51,634 nucleotides of DNA from Chloroflexota bacterium. Lineage in GTDB: Bacteria > Chloroflexota > Anaerolineae > Anaerolineales > Anaerolineaceae. The stretch lies in the NCBI GenBank assembly GCA_034189815.1, contig JAXHUD010000001.1:1-51634 (forward strand), read 5' to 3'. Numbering within the stretch: position 1 is the stretch's first letter; every line of letters begins with the position of its first letter. A program made the translations under genes and the position numbers. Shown one piece after another: positions 28,573-36,903 of this stretch. Under the pieces are notes generated by a model. It saw nothing but the letters and a program-made list of their open reading frames with translations, made no database searches and had not been told where the DNA came from.

Positions 28573-30681
28573 TTACTTTTCTTTAAGGATGATTCGAGCG
28601 TCAACTACCTTCACACCCTGACCTTCTTCGTAGGCCAGTACCGGGTTAGCATCCGATTCGCTAACCTCATCAGCCAGGTCTGAAACCATGTAGGCGTATT
28701 TCGCCAAAACGCTGGCTAGAGCTGCCTTATCACGGGGAGCTTCACCCCGGGTGCCATCCAGGATCGGGGCGCCGCGGATCTCATCCATCATCACGGCCGC
28801 TTCGGTCTCGGAAATGGGCGCGACCCGGAAGGTCACGTCTTTGAGAACCTCAACGAAAATACCGCCTAAACCAAACATGACAGTAGCGCCGAAGGTCGGG
28901 TCATTGACCGAGCCAACGATGATTTCGGTTGCCCAGGGGGCCATCTGTTGGACGACGATTCCGTGGATGGTCGCATCGGCTTTGTAGTCTTTCGCGTTCT
29001 TGAGAATAGTGTTATAAGCCTCACGAACCCCGGCTTCATCCTGGATATCGACTTTCACCCCACCCGCATCCGATTTGTGCAGGATCTGAGGGGAGACGAT
29101 CTTCAGGACGACGGGATAGCCAAATTTCTCGGCCAATTCGACGGCCTCATCTTCGGAGGCGGCCATTTCCGTGGAGACCACAGGAAGACCGTATGCTTTG
29201 AAGATTTTCTTGGATTCGATCTCGGTCAGTGAGGTACGCCCATCAGCTCGGACGGATTCAATGATACTGCGGGCGGTTTTGCTGTCCGCACCGCCGTTTG
29301 TATAGGGGACTTTATTATTCAAAGATTTGAGCCTGGCATATTCGCTCAGCGTGCCCATGGCTTTGACGGCCAAATCGGGGGCGTTGTAGGCGGGGATCCC
29401 GTGTTCAACCAGCCATTGCATGGCTTCTTCAGAACGTTCGCCGCCAACGAAGGAAATGGTCACGGGTTTATCGGTGATGCCGGTCTCTTTGATGGCCTTA
29501 TGAATGCTCTTGGCGATCTCCATGGGGTCCGTCATGGCTGTTTCACAATAGAGAACGACCAGGCCGTCAACCCATTTATGGGCGAAAGCGAAACGGGTCG
29601 AGTCGTGGTACCAATCGTTGCCGGCCATACCGGTCAGGTCAACCGGGTTCTTGGCGGAGCCAAAGGAGGGCATGTGCAGTTTGAGTTCTTCCTGCACGTC
29701 TTCCGGAGCGAATTTCAAGGGGATGCCGGCCTTCTCGGCGGAGTCGGTGGCCAGGACGCCCACACCGCCGCCGTTGGTGATGATGAGCAGGTTCTCGCCC
29801 TTCATAGGCGGCTGCAACGACAAAGCCAGGGTGCAATCGAACAAGTCGTTGAGGTCGGTGGCCTGGATGGCGCCGGCCTGTTGGAAGGCTGCGCCGTAAA
29901 TCTTGGAAGCGCCGGCCAGGGAGCCGGTATGGGAAGCGGCAGCGGCCGCCCCGTGCGCGGAGACGCCGGATTTGAGTACGACGATCGGTTTATTGGCATG
30001 CGCACTTTCATCAATGAAGCGGTGGCCATCTTTGAGACCTTCAATGTAGAGGGAGATGCAGTTTGTATTTTCGTCTTCGTTGAGCCAACTCACCATATCG
30101 GCGAAGTTCACGTCCGACATATTGCCGATGGAGACCAGCTTATCGAAGCCGATTCGGCGGGTGTAGGTAATGGCATCCATAGCAATCAAGAGGGCGCCGC
30201 TCTGGGAGACCAGTGAGGCGGAGCCATCGAGGGGCAGGAAGGGTGCGAAGGAGGCGTTAAGTTTGTCAGAGTTGGAGAGGGTGCCGACCACGTTCGGGCC
30301 GAGGACCCGCATGCCATATTCGTGCGCGGTGTTGACGATATCCTTCTCGAGCTTTATATCACCGACCTCGCTAAAGCCGGAAGTAATGACGATCAGGCCT
30401 TTGACGCCTTTTTCGCCGCATTCTTTTACAACGTCCAGCACAAATTTTGCCGGGACAGTGATCGCCGCGGCGTCCACCTGGTCAGGGATGTCGAGAACGG
30501 ATTTATATACCTTTAAACCAAGAATCTCATCTGCCGTTGGGTTGACGGGGTATATTCCATCTTCGTACCCACACTCGATGAGATTCTTCACGACGGTATG
30601 TCCAATTTTTCCCGGTGTCGTTGAGGCACCAATAATAGCAATACCTTTGGGCCTAAGAAGACCGGTTAATACATCGTCCAC
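28573..30681 (-). CDS. ADP-forming acetate/acyl-CoA ligase, fused alpha-beta (ACD)
   Basis: IIGAS CoA-binding domain, GPN, SQSGAL, phospho-His SHTGSLAG, TNGGGVG, NPVDL, ATP-grasp HKSDAGGV; GTG start after AGGAGG. Confidence 0.92.
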   Translation of the reverse strand: MDDVLTGLLRPKGIAIIGASTTPGKIGHTVVKNLIECGYEDGIYPVNPTADEILGLKVYKSVLDIPDQVDAAAITVPAKFVLDVVKECGEKGVKGLIVITSGFSEVGDIKLEKDIVNTAHEYGMRVLGPNVVGTLSNSDKLNASFAPFLPLDGSASLVSQSGALLIAMDAITYTRRIGFDKLVSIGNMSDVNFADMVSWLNEDENTNCISLYIEGLKDGHRFIDESAHANKPIVVLKSGVSAHGAAAAASHTGSLAGASKIYGAAFQQAGAIQATDLNDLFDCTLALSLQPPMKGENLLIITNGGGVGVLATDSAEKAGIPLKFAPEDVQEELKLHMPSFGSAKNPVDLTGMAGNDWYHDSTRFAFAHKWVDGLVVLYCETAMTDPMEIAKSIHKAIKETGITDKPVTISFVGGERSEEAMQWLVEHGIPAYNAPDLAVKAMGTLSEYARLKSLNNKVPYTNGGADSKTARSIIESVRADGRTSLTEIESKKIFKAYGLPVVSTEMAASEDEAVELAEKFGYPVVLKIVSPQILHKSDAGGVKVDIQDEAGVREAYNTILKNAKDYKADATIHGIVVQQMAPWATEIIVGSVNDPTFGATVMFGLGGIFVEVLKDVTFRVAPISETEAAVMMDEIRGAPILDGTRGEAPRDKAALASVLAKYAYMVSDLADEVSESDANPVLAYEEGQGVKVVDARIILKEK

Positions 30682-30724
30682 GTGTTCCTCCTAATAATGA
30701 AGTACTAATTCAATTTACACAAAA

Positions 30725-30742
30725 TTGTGTATATATTCACAA
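30725..30742. promoter_or_regulatory. Putative Rex operator
   Basis: TTGTGTATATATTCACAA versus Rex consensus TTGTGAA-N4-TTCACAA (one mismatch); symmetry extends to AAA...TTT. Confidence 0.75.
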
Positions 30743-30836
30743 TTTGAACTTTGACAATCGCTATTGTACCGTATAATTCCATTGATATATTCGTATTATG
30801 ACAATTATCTCATAAATCATAGAGGATTATCGTACT

Positions 30837-32249
30837 ATGCCAGATACTCATAAACTCACGTCTGAGTCGTTTTCAAATCCTGTAATTGAACGGAATGGGG
30901 AAATGGGGCGGGCAGCTTGTGACATGATGGCAGCCGCCATCGAGGCTGTGGATCCCTATAAATGTGTGTTGGAGAATGTTCAATTGACAAAAACGGAAAT
31001 CGTCATCGCAGGACAGACAATAAAGCGTGCTAAGATCGACAGGCTCAGCCTGATCGGTTTTGGCAAGGCGGCTGTTCCGATGGCAAAGGCCGTTGTGGAC
31101 TCCTTGGGCGATCTGCTCAGCCTGGCCATCGTCGTCACCAAGGATGCAAAATTTAAAGCCGCGCAGGGCTATGGGGACATGTTGGAAGTCCTGCTCGCTG
31201 GGCATCCGGTTCCAACCAAGGATTCTGTCGATTCGACTCAGGCGATTCTGGACCAATTGCCTGCCTTCACCGAGCGTGATCTGGTCCTGGTTGTGATCTC
31301 CGGCGGTGGGTCTGCTTTGTTTACCAGTCCTATGGCCGGGATCAGTTTGGGTGATATGCAGCAGCTAACGGAATCGCTTTTGAGGAGTGGTGCGGATATT
31401 CAGGAAATAAACACCCTTCGTAAACATCTGGATCAGGTTAAGGGCGGGCGTTTGGCTGCTTGGTTGAGCCCGGCGAAAGTGCATACCATGATCCTCTCGG
31501 ACGTAATTGGTGACCGGCTGGATATGATCGCTTCCGGTCCGACGGTTCCTGATCCGACGACGTTTGAAGATGCCTGGAAGGTGATCACTAAATACAACCT
31601 GGTTGACAATCTCCCCAGTACAATTCAGGATTTTCTGCTTGCTGGCAAGGCAGGAGAACAAGCCGAGACCCTAAAGCAGCCGCAGTTTGAAGAGATGCAG
31701 GTTGAAAACAATTTGATCGCCACGAATCTGAAAGCGGCCCTTGCGGCCCGAAAAAAAGCCGATGAATGGGGTTACAACTCCCTGGTGCTCTCGAACCATC
31801 TGACCGGACTAACCCCATCTGTGACCACCTTTATTTCAGGAATTATTCAGACCGAAATAGAAGCTGACCTGCCGGCAAAGAAACCTGCCTGTCTGATCTT
31901 CGGTGGTGAGACAACGGTGAAAGTTGTCGGCGACGGGAAGGGCGGCCGAAATCAGGATTTGGCTCTCCAGATGGTGCGTAAATTAGCTGTATATCAGGAA
32001 AAAGTGCTCTTTATTTCATTGGCGACGGATGGGGAAGACGGCCCAACGGATGCGGCGGGCGCCGCATCCGATGCCTTGGTCCTTCGCTATGGAACGTCGG
32101 AGATGGGGATGGAAATTGACACTTATATTTCTACGAATAATTCTTACCAGTATTTTGACCGGGTTGGTGGTTTAATCAGGATAGGAGCCACGGGTACCAA
32201 TGTTAATGACTTGATGTTTGTGCTGATTGGGTCTCCTGATATTAGCTAA
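30837..32249 (+). CDS. Glycerate 2-kinase, MOFRL family (GckA/TtuD type)
   Basis: GFGKAA, GHPVP, ISGGGSAL, RKHLDQVKGG, SDVIGD, IASGPT, GGETTV, GGRNQ, TDGEDG, TGTNVND. Confidence 0.92.
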   Translation: MPDTHKLTSESFSNPVIERNGEMGRAACDMMAAAIEAVDPYKCVLENVQLTKTEIVIAGQTIKRAKIDRLSLIGFGKAAVPMAKAVVDSLGDLLSLAIVVTKDAKFKAAQGYGDMLEVLLAGHPVPTKDSVDSTQAILDQLPAFTERDLVLVVISGGGSALFTSPMAGISLGDMQQLTESLLRSGADIQEINTLRKHLDQVKGGRLAAWLSPAKVHTMILSDVIGDRLDMIASGPTVPDPTTFEDAWKVITKYNLVDNLPSTIQDFLLAGKAGEQAETLKQPQFEEMQVENNLIATNLKAALAARKKADEWGYNSLVLSNHLTGLTPSVTTFISGIIQTEIEADLPAKKPACLIFGGETTVKVVGDGKGGRNQDLALQMVRKLAVYQEKVLFISLATDGEDGPTDAAGAASDALVLRYGTSEMGMEIDTYISTNNSYQYFDRVGGLIRIGATGTNVNDLMFVLIGSPDIS

Positions 32250-32482
32250 TCTTGGGTCCGTAAATTATACGCGAAAACGATTTGACGAGCTAATTGCCGA
32301 TCAGATTCGTTCAATTTATTGGTGATATTTGATAAATGCCGTATGACGATGGACTGCGGTATGTTCAATGTGCTTGCTATATCGCTGACCGGTTCAGATT
32401 TCTTAGCTGCGGTCAGGACCGTGACTTCTCTCGGCGTGAGCTGCCGGTGGGTCGTGGTCTCAAAAATCATCTGTCGTCTCAT
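32246..32482 (-). CDS. Small stand-alone LuxR/GerE-type HTH protein
   Basis: LTPREVTVL...DIASTLNIPQSIVIRHLSNITNKL; AGAGGT RBS. Confidence 0.65.
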   Translation of the reverse strand: MRRQMIFETTTHRQLTPREVTVLTAAKKSEPVSDIASTLNIPQSIVIRHLSNITNKLNESDRQLARQIVFAYNLRTQD

Positions 32483-32839
32483 TAAATAAACCTCTATAAC
32501 AGTATTTTACCGATATTCGTCTATTCCAAAGGTACTTTGATTATAAGGATCGTCGGTATCAAAAAAGGCTTTAAAAAGCTGATTTAGGACTAATAGTCAA
32601 TCGAATCACATTAAAATAAATTAATAAATCTGGTGAATTTGAATATATAAGGAATAAAATATATTTATAATAAGAAGCCGATGGGTTTTTAGGGGTCTGA
32701 TCAAAACGCTAGTTTGGGTACGGAGGAAAACTGTAACAATCAATTGCTATGCTGAGATAGCAAAAAAGGACACGGCGTTCCAATATCAAACTGAATTATA
32801 ATGAGGGCGTTACATAAATTGGCATAGGAGCGGACCCAC

Positions 32840-33736
32840 ATGGAAAAGATTGCGTATGGTGGTTGGGAGAATTGTTTTCGGTTGACAAATGGTAAAGTTG
32901 ACCTGGTTGTCACAGGTGATGTCGGACCTCGGATCATCCGATTTGGATTTGTCGGCAAACCGAACATGTTCAAGGAGTTCGCAGACCAGCTTGGAAAAAC
33001 GGAGGCGGATGAATGGACCTCGTTCGGGGGTCATCGTTTATGGCACGCCCCTGAGGCTATGCCGCGGACGTATTTCATTGACATCGAACCCGTCCTGGTG
33101 CAGGAGATTGAAGACGGATTGGTCGTTACCCAAAAACCCGAACCAACGACGGGCATCCAGAAACAAATTGAAATTAAAATCTCCCCCGATAAACCCGAAG
33201 TGCAATTGAATCATATTCTGATCAACCATGGGCTTTGGCCGGTTGAGACGGCGCCCTGGGCGATTTCGATGATGGCGCCTGGTGGGGTGGGGATTATGAC
33301 CTTGCCGCCCCGTGGCCCGCACCCTGAAAATATGCTGCCAACGAGCCAGCTCTCCATTTGGCCATATACAAACCTTGGTGACCCGCGTTGGGTGTTAGGT
33401 GAGCGCTATATCCTGCTTAAACAAGATCCTGAAAATGCGGAACCTCAGAAAATAGGCGTCCTGGCAACGGATGGCTGGGCTGGTTATGCCAACCATAACA
33501 CCTTATTCGTCAAACAGGCCCCGCTCCAATTCAATGCCACCTATCCCGATTTGGGCGCAAATTTTGAATTGTTCACGAACGAAGAAATCCTGGAAGTCGA
33601 AAGCCTGGGGCCGGTTGAAATTATCCCGCCGAAAGGACAAATTGACCACATGGAACACTGGACCCTGATCGCGGATGTCCCGCAGCCCAAAACCGAAGCG
33701 GACGTGGTCGAGAAGATCATCCCCTTGCTGAGTTAA
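32840..33736 (+). CDS. Hypothetical protein, DUF4380 / aldose-epimerase-like beta-sandwich
   Basis: VGPRIIRF, GGHRLWHAPE, YPD.G...E.FTN, EVESLGP pattern; AGGAG RBS. Confidence 0.65.
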   Translation: MEKIAYGGWENCFRLTNGKVDLVVTGDVGPRIIRFGFVGKPNMFKEFADQLGKTEADEWTSFGGHRLWHAPEAMPRTYFIDIEPVLVQEIEDGLVVTQKPEPTTGIQKQIEIKISPDKPEVQLNHILINHGLWPVETAPWAISMMAPGGVGIMTLPPRGPHPENMLPTSQLSIWPYTNLGDPRWVLGERYILLKQDPENAEPQKIGVLATDGWAGYANHNTLFVKQAPLQFNATYPDLGANFELFTNEEILEVESLGPVEIIPPKGQIDHMEHWTLIADVPQPKTEADVVEKIIPLLS

Positions 33737-33779
33737 CTGAAACACAAAAAACGCTGGCATCCACCAGCATCTCATAAAT

Positions 33780-33811
33780 AAACGCCGGTGATTAATATTA
33801 ACCGGCGTTTT
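33780..33811. terminator. Bidirectional intrinsic terminator closing the ftsZ-like operon
   Basis: AAACGCCGGT-gattaatatta-ACCGGCGTTTT. Confidence 0.8.
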
Positions 33812-33860
33812 TCGTTTGTATTTTTAGTTACAGGTTTTATTATGTGTAGGAATCGGCTTA

Positions 33861-34085
33861 TTAATGCAGGGGGAAGAAGCCGACGACCTTCCCAATCAGC
33901 AGACCTGAGAGAAAGCCAACAGCGCCCCAAAGTACGGCGAGAATGATGACGAAGCCAGGTTTGGTGTGCAGAACATGATAGATGGCCTTTCTAATTCGCA
34001 GGATGGGGCCACCAACGGCCATGATTGGTGTGATGGCATCCCAAAATTTAATTTCTGCGCGTTTTGTAATTTTATCGAACATCAT
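33861..34085 (-). CDS. Small membrane protein (74 aa)
   Basis: GGAAGGA RBS, 11 nt after the upstream stop; amphipathic N-terminus and C-terminal Gly-rich TM helix. Confidence 0.65.
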   Translation of the reverse strand: MMFDKITKRAEIKFWDAITPIMAVGGPILRIRKAIYHVLHTKPGFVIILAVLWGAVGFLSGLLIGKVVGFFPLH

Positions 34086-34096
34086 GAATGTCCTTC

Positions 34097-34315
34097 CTAA
34101 CGGCTGGTCGAAGTTTTGAGGATGCGACCCTGCTCATCGGCGACAACCCGGATCGTTTGGGGAATGCTCTTACCATCGGGCGTTTTCCCGCTCCCGGAAA
34201 AGATCAGCAGATAACGCCCGCTGCTTTGTGAGCTGACCCTTGGGCGTGTTGATTTGAGCGAAGGGAAGCGACGATACACTTTTTGGCACACTTTTTCGAT
34301 TGCGCTTCGGTCCAT
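34097..34315 (-). CDS. Small basic hypothetical protein (72 aa)
   Basis: Starts 2 nt after ftsZ stop with AGAGG RBS; helix followed by beta-strand pattern. Confidence 0.7.
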   Translation of the reverse strand: MDRSAIEKVCQKVYRRFPSLKSTRPRVSSQSSGRYLLIFSGSGKTPDGKSIPQTIRVVADEQGRILKTSTSR

Positions 34316-34317
34316 GG

Positions 34318-35517
34318 TTAGCCTCTGATACGTTTTCTTAGGAATGCAGGGACATCCAGGTCTGACGTGTTGACCACCGGCGAACTGGCCGCATATGAAT
34401 AGGCGGCTGCGGTGTCCCGTTTGGTGTGGATGGGGGTGTTTTGTTCCCTACGGGGGGTGGGTTCTCTTTTGGGTTCCTCGGGCAGTGTCAGTTCCGCCAG
34501 ATAGCGTTCAGCACCGGGGATCGCCTTTTCGATCGGTAAGGCGCCCAGGCCGGTGACGATCAGGATCGCCTGAGCTCGGTTGCTCAGATTTGCGTCGTTG
34601 ATGACCCCGGGGATGATCTCGGTATTTGCGCCTGCCTGGGCGTGCAGGTGTGAGAGGGTCTCAGTGACCTCTGCAAAGGTCAAATCATCGCCGCCGGTGA
34701 AGTTGGCAATGATGCCTGTGGCGGATGTCAGATCGATATCCTCCAAAAGCGGGTGATGCAATGCCTGATTGAGCGCATGCATGGCTTTGCCTTCGCCTTC
34801 ACCGGTACCAATGGACATCAGCGCACCGCCGCCCAGTTCCATCACGTGGCGGATGTGGGCAAAATCAACATTGATCAGACCGGTTTCGGTCAGCAACTCG
34901 GTAATGCCCTGCACACCCTGCCGAAGGACATCGTCGGCCAATTGGAAAGCCATTTCAAGCGATAGGTCATCGGGAGCGACTTCCAGAAGGCGGTCGTTGG
35001 GAACCGTGATCATCGTGTGGGTGAACTGGCGTAACTTTTGCAAGCCGACGACTGCATTTTTTTGCCGGCGGCCCATCTCGAATGAGAAGGGGGTTGTTAC
35101 AACGGCGATTGTGACTGCACCGATATGCTTGGCGACCCGAGCGGCAACGGGTATGGACCCGGTGCCGGTCCCGCCGCCCATCCCGGCAGCGAGAAAAACC
35201 ATATCCGCGCCGTCAAGGGCGCCTGCCAGGGTCTGGAAGCTCTCTTCAGCGGCGGATTCACCGATGGACGGGATGCCGCCGGCGCCGAGGCCGCGAGTGC
35301 TTTTCGGACCCAACTGGATGTTCACATCAGCCAGGGAACTATCGAGGGCTTGTTTATCGGTGTTGCAGGCGATGAACTCTACCCCAGACATGCCAAATTC
35401 AATCATCCGATTAACAGCATTGCAGCCGCCGCCGCCGAGGCCAACAACTTTAATTTTCGGTGCAGCAGCTTCGATGGGTGTATGGGGTGTCACGCTGATG
35501 GGTTGAGTATCGTTCAT
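34318..35517 (-). CDS. ftsZ: FtsZ-family tubulin-like protein with atypical T7 loop (probable paralog)
   Basis: VVGLGGGGCNAVNRM, NTDKQAL, GLGAGG, GMGGGTGTG, PFSFE, C-terminal DLDVPAFLRK; T7 loop GLINVDFAHIR. Confidence 0.93.
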   Translation of the reverse strand: MNDTQPISVTPHTPIEAAAPKIKVVGLGGGGCNAVNRMIEFGMSGVEFIACNTDKQALDSSLADVNIQLGPKSTRGLGAGGIPSIGESAAEESFQTLAGALDGADMVFLAAGMGGGTGTGSIPVAARVAKHIGAVTIAVVTTPFSFEMGRRQKNAVVGLQKLRQFTHTMITVPNDRLLEVAPDDLSLEMAFQLADDVLRQGVQGITELLTETGLINVDFAHIRHVMELGGGALMSIGTGEGEGKAMHALNQALHHPLLEDIDLTSATGIIANFTGGDDLTFAEVTETLSHLHAQAGANTEIIPGVINDANLSNRAQAILIVTGLGALPIEKAIPGAERYLAELTLPEEPKREPTPRREQNTPIHTKRDTAAAYSYAASSPVVNTSDLDVPAFLRKRIRG

Positions 35518-35531
35518 TTTTACCTCTCACT

Positions 35532-36791
35532 TCAAAAAGTCATACCATGTAACTGTGTTGCAATTTCTATTCCCGATTGGGGAAGGACCTCCACCTGGCA
35601 ACCCGCCAGGCGAAGGGCATTGATTTTTTCTTCGGGGAAGAGCAATGGATCCGGGAAAACGGACACGCGTCTAGCTAAGATTGCTTCTGATACAGAGAAA
35701 CCAATGGTTGGTTGGAGCTGTTTGATGATGGGGCGGACTTTGTTAAGGACCACGTCTGACACACCCGATTCGTGGGCAGGTAGAAGGAGGTAGTGCTCGA
35801 TGGATTTGTCAGTTGCAGCCGATTTCGAGTCGTCCGGTACATCAACAACCTGGTCTGATTTGAAAATGCTCTGCAGGATCGGAAACGATAAGTTACCTTC
35901 CATCAATTCCGTCAGGGTCTCCAGCGAGAAAACACAGCCCAGGATGGGCCCTGACAGTTTGGGCGCTTCGGGTTCGACCTCCCCCAGACAAGCGGAATGG
36001 ATCAACTGCAGCGTTTCGATTACCTGGTCCTTGTCTTGTGGAGGTCCAATCGGGCCGGGATTGCCGGCGTCAAGGATCAGGACGGTGGGTTTTCGACCGG
36101 TCACCCGGTTGAAAACGGCCCGGGCCCATTCATAGTTTTGAAACCCGATCTGGTCTTCCTGTCCGTCGGGCGTGAAGTATGGTTTGGAACCAGCCCACAT
36201 CTCCGGTCCACCTGAACCCCAATTAAGGGATTTATTAAAGGTGAAACCGAAGCTTGCCAAACCGATTTTTTCCAGTAGGGCGTCCATCTTGCGTTGTTTC
36301 AGCCCCTGCATGACCATTTCCAGAAAGGCAGTGTCCCAATAATCCCCACCGGGTTGTAATGGTGGCAGGACCGGGGTCAGTCCGATCTTTTCTGCATAAT
36401 TAGCAATGGGGATAAAACGATCGAGGAAATGATCAATCAGGTGATCGTAATGCCAGCCGGCAGCCGGCCAGGCGGATTTTGTGTTGGGCTTTTCGCCAAG
36501 GATAATAAATTGAACATCCCATTTCGCATAAGCATCAAGAATCACTACCAAGCTATTGAATTGTCGGGCGAGGGGCAGTTCCCCTTTGAAGTGTACGATC
36601 GGTTCCAGCCCGTTTTTCCTGGCGGTCTGGAAAACGTCCTCGGGAATGGCGCGATCGAAACCGGATTCGAGAACGACCTGGGTTGCCCCAAGTTGCCTAA
36701 GGATGGGGAACCAGGTCTCCACGCGCTTACGAACGAGGTATTCCCGAGAGGTGAAATATGAAAAACCAATATTTTGTTTTACTTTAGCCAT
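35532..36791 (-). CDS. Hypothetical protein: degenerate GH-like TIM barrel plus small C-terminal alpha/beta domain
   Basis: 419-aa ORF 14 nt upstream of ftsZ; alternating beta/alpha pattern with GEKPN and LILDAG at positions resembling clan GH-A catalytic motifs (fold is inference). Confidence 0.6.
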   Translation of the reverse strand: MAKVKQNIGFSYFTSREYLVRKRVETWFPILRQLGATQVVLESGFDRAIPEDVFQTARKNGLEPIVHFKGELPLARQFNSLVVILDAYAKWDVQFIILGEKPNTKSAWPAAGWHYDHLIDHFLDRFIPIANYAEKIGLTPVLPPLQPGGDYWDTAFLEMVMQGLKQRKMDALLEKIGLASFGFTFNKSLNWGSGGPEMWAGSKPYFTPDGQEDQIGFQNYEWARAVFNRVTGRKPTVLILDAGNPGPIGPPQDKDQVIETLQLIHSACLGEVEPEAPKLSGPILGCVFSLETLTELMEGNLSFPILQSIFKSDQVVDVPDDSKSAATDKSIEHYLLLPAHESGVSDVVLNKVRPIIKQLQPTIGFSVSEAILARRVSVFPDPLLFPEEKINALRLAGCQVEVLPQSGIEIATQLHGMTF

Positions 36792-36832
36792 GGCAAACCC
36801 TTTATTACGAGAAAACGGTCTGCTCGATACGG

Positions 36833-36848
36833 TGCAAGGGTTATGCCA
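36833..36848 (-). promoter_or_regulatory. Sigma54 (RpoN) -24/-12 promoter
   Basis: Minus strand TGGCATAACCCTTGCA with exact GG-N10-GC spacing, about 43 nt upstream of ATG 36791. Confidence 0.7.
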
Positions 36849-36886
36849 GATTATTCAATCCAACGTATTCACTTAAAAACGTTATC

Positions 36887-36895
36887 TGCTATAAT
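36887..36895 (+). promoter_or_regulatory. Extended -10 promoter, probably leaderless transcript
   Basis: TGcTATAAT 8 nt before ATG 36904, no Shine-Dalgarno. Confidence 0.6.
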
Positions 36896-36903
36896 CTCTT
36901 ACT

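Noticed and set aside
30751-30777. TTGACA...TATAAT promoter for glycerate kinase
   Set aside because: The spacer is only 15 bp, so it is not listed as a confident promoter although it may function.
32740-33034. Short minus-strand ORFs 32740-32973 and 32810-33034
   Set aside because: They overlap the start of a well-formed plus-strand gene and show no motifs.
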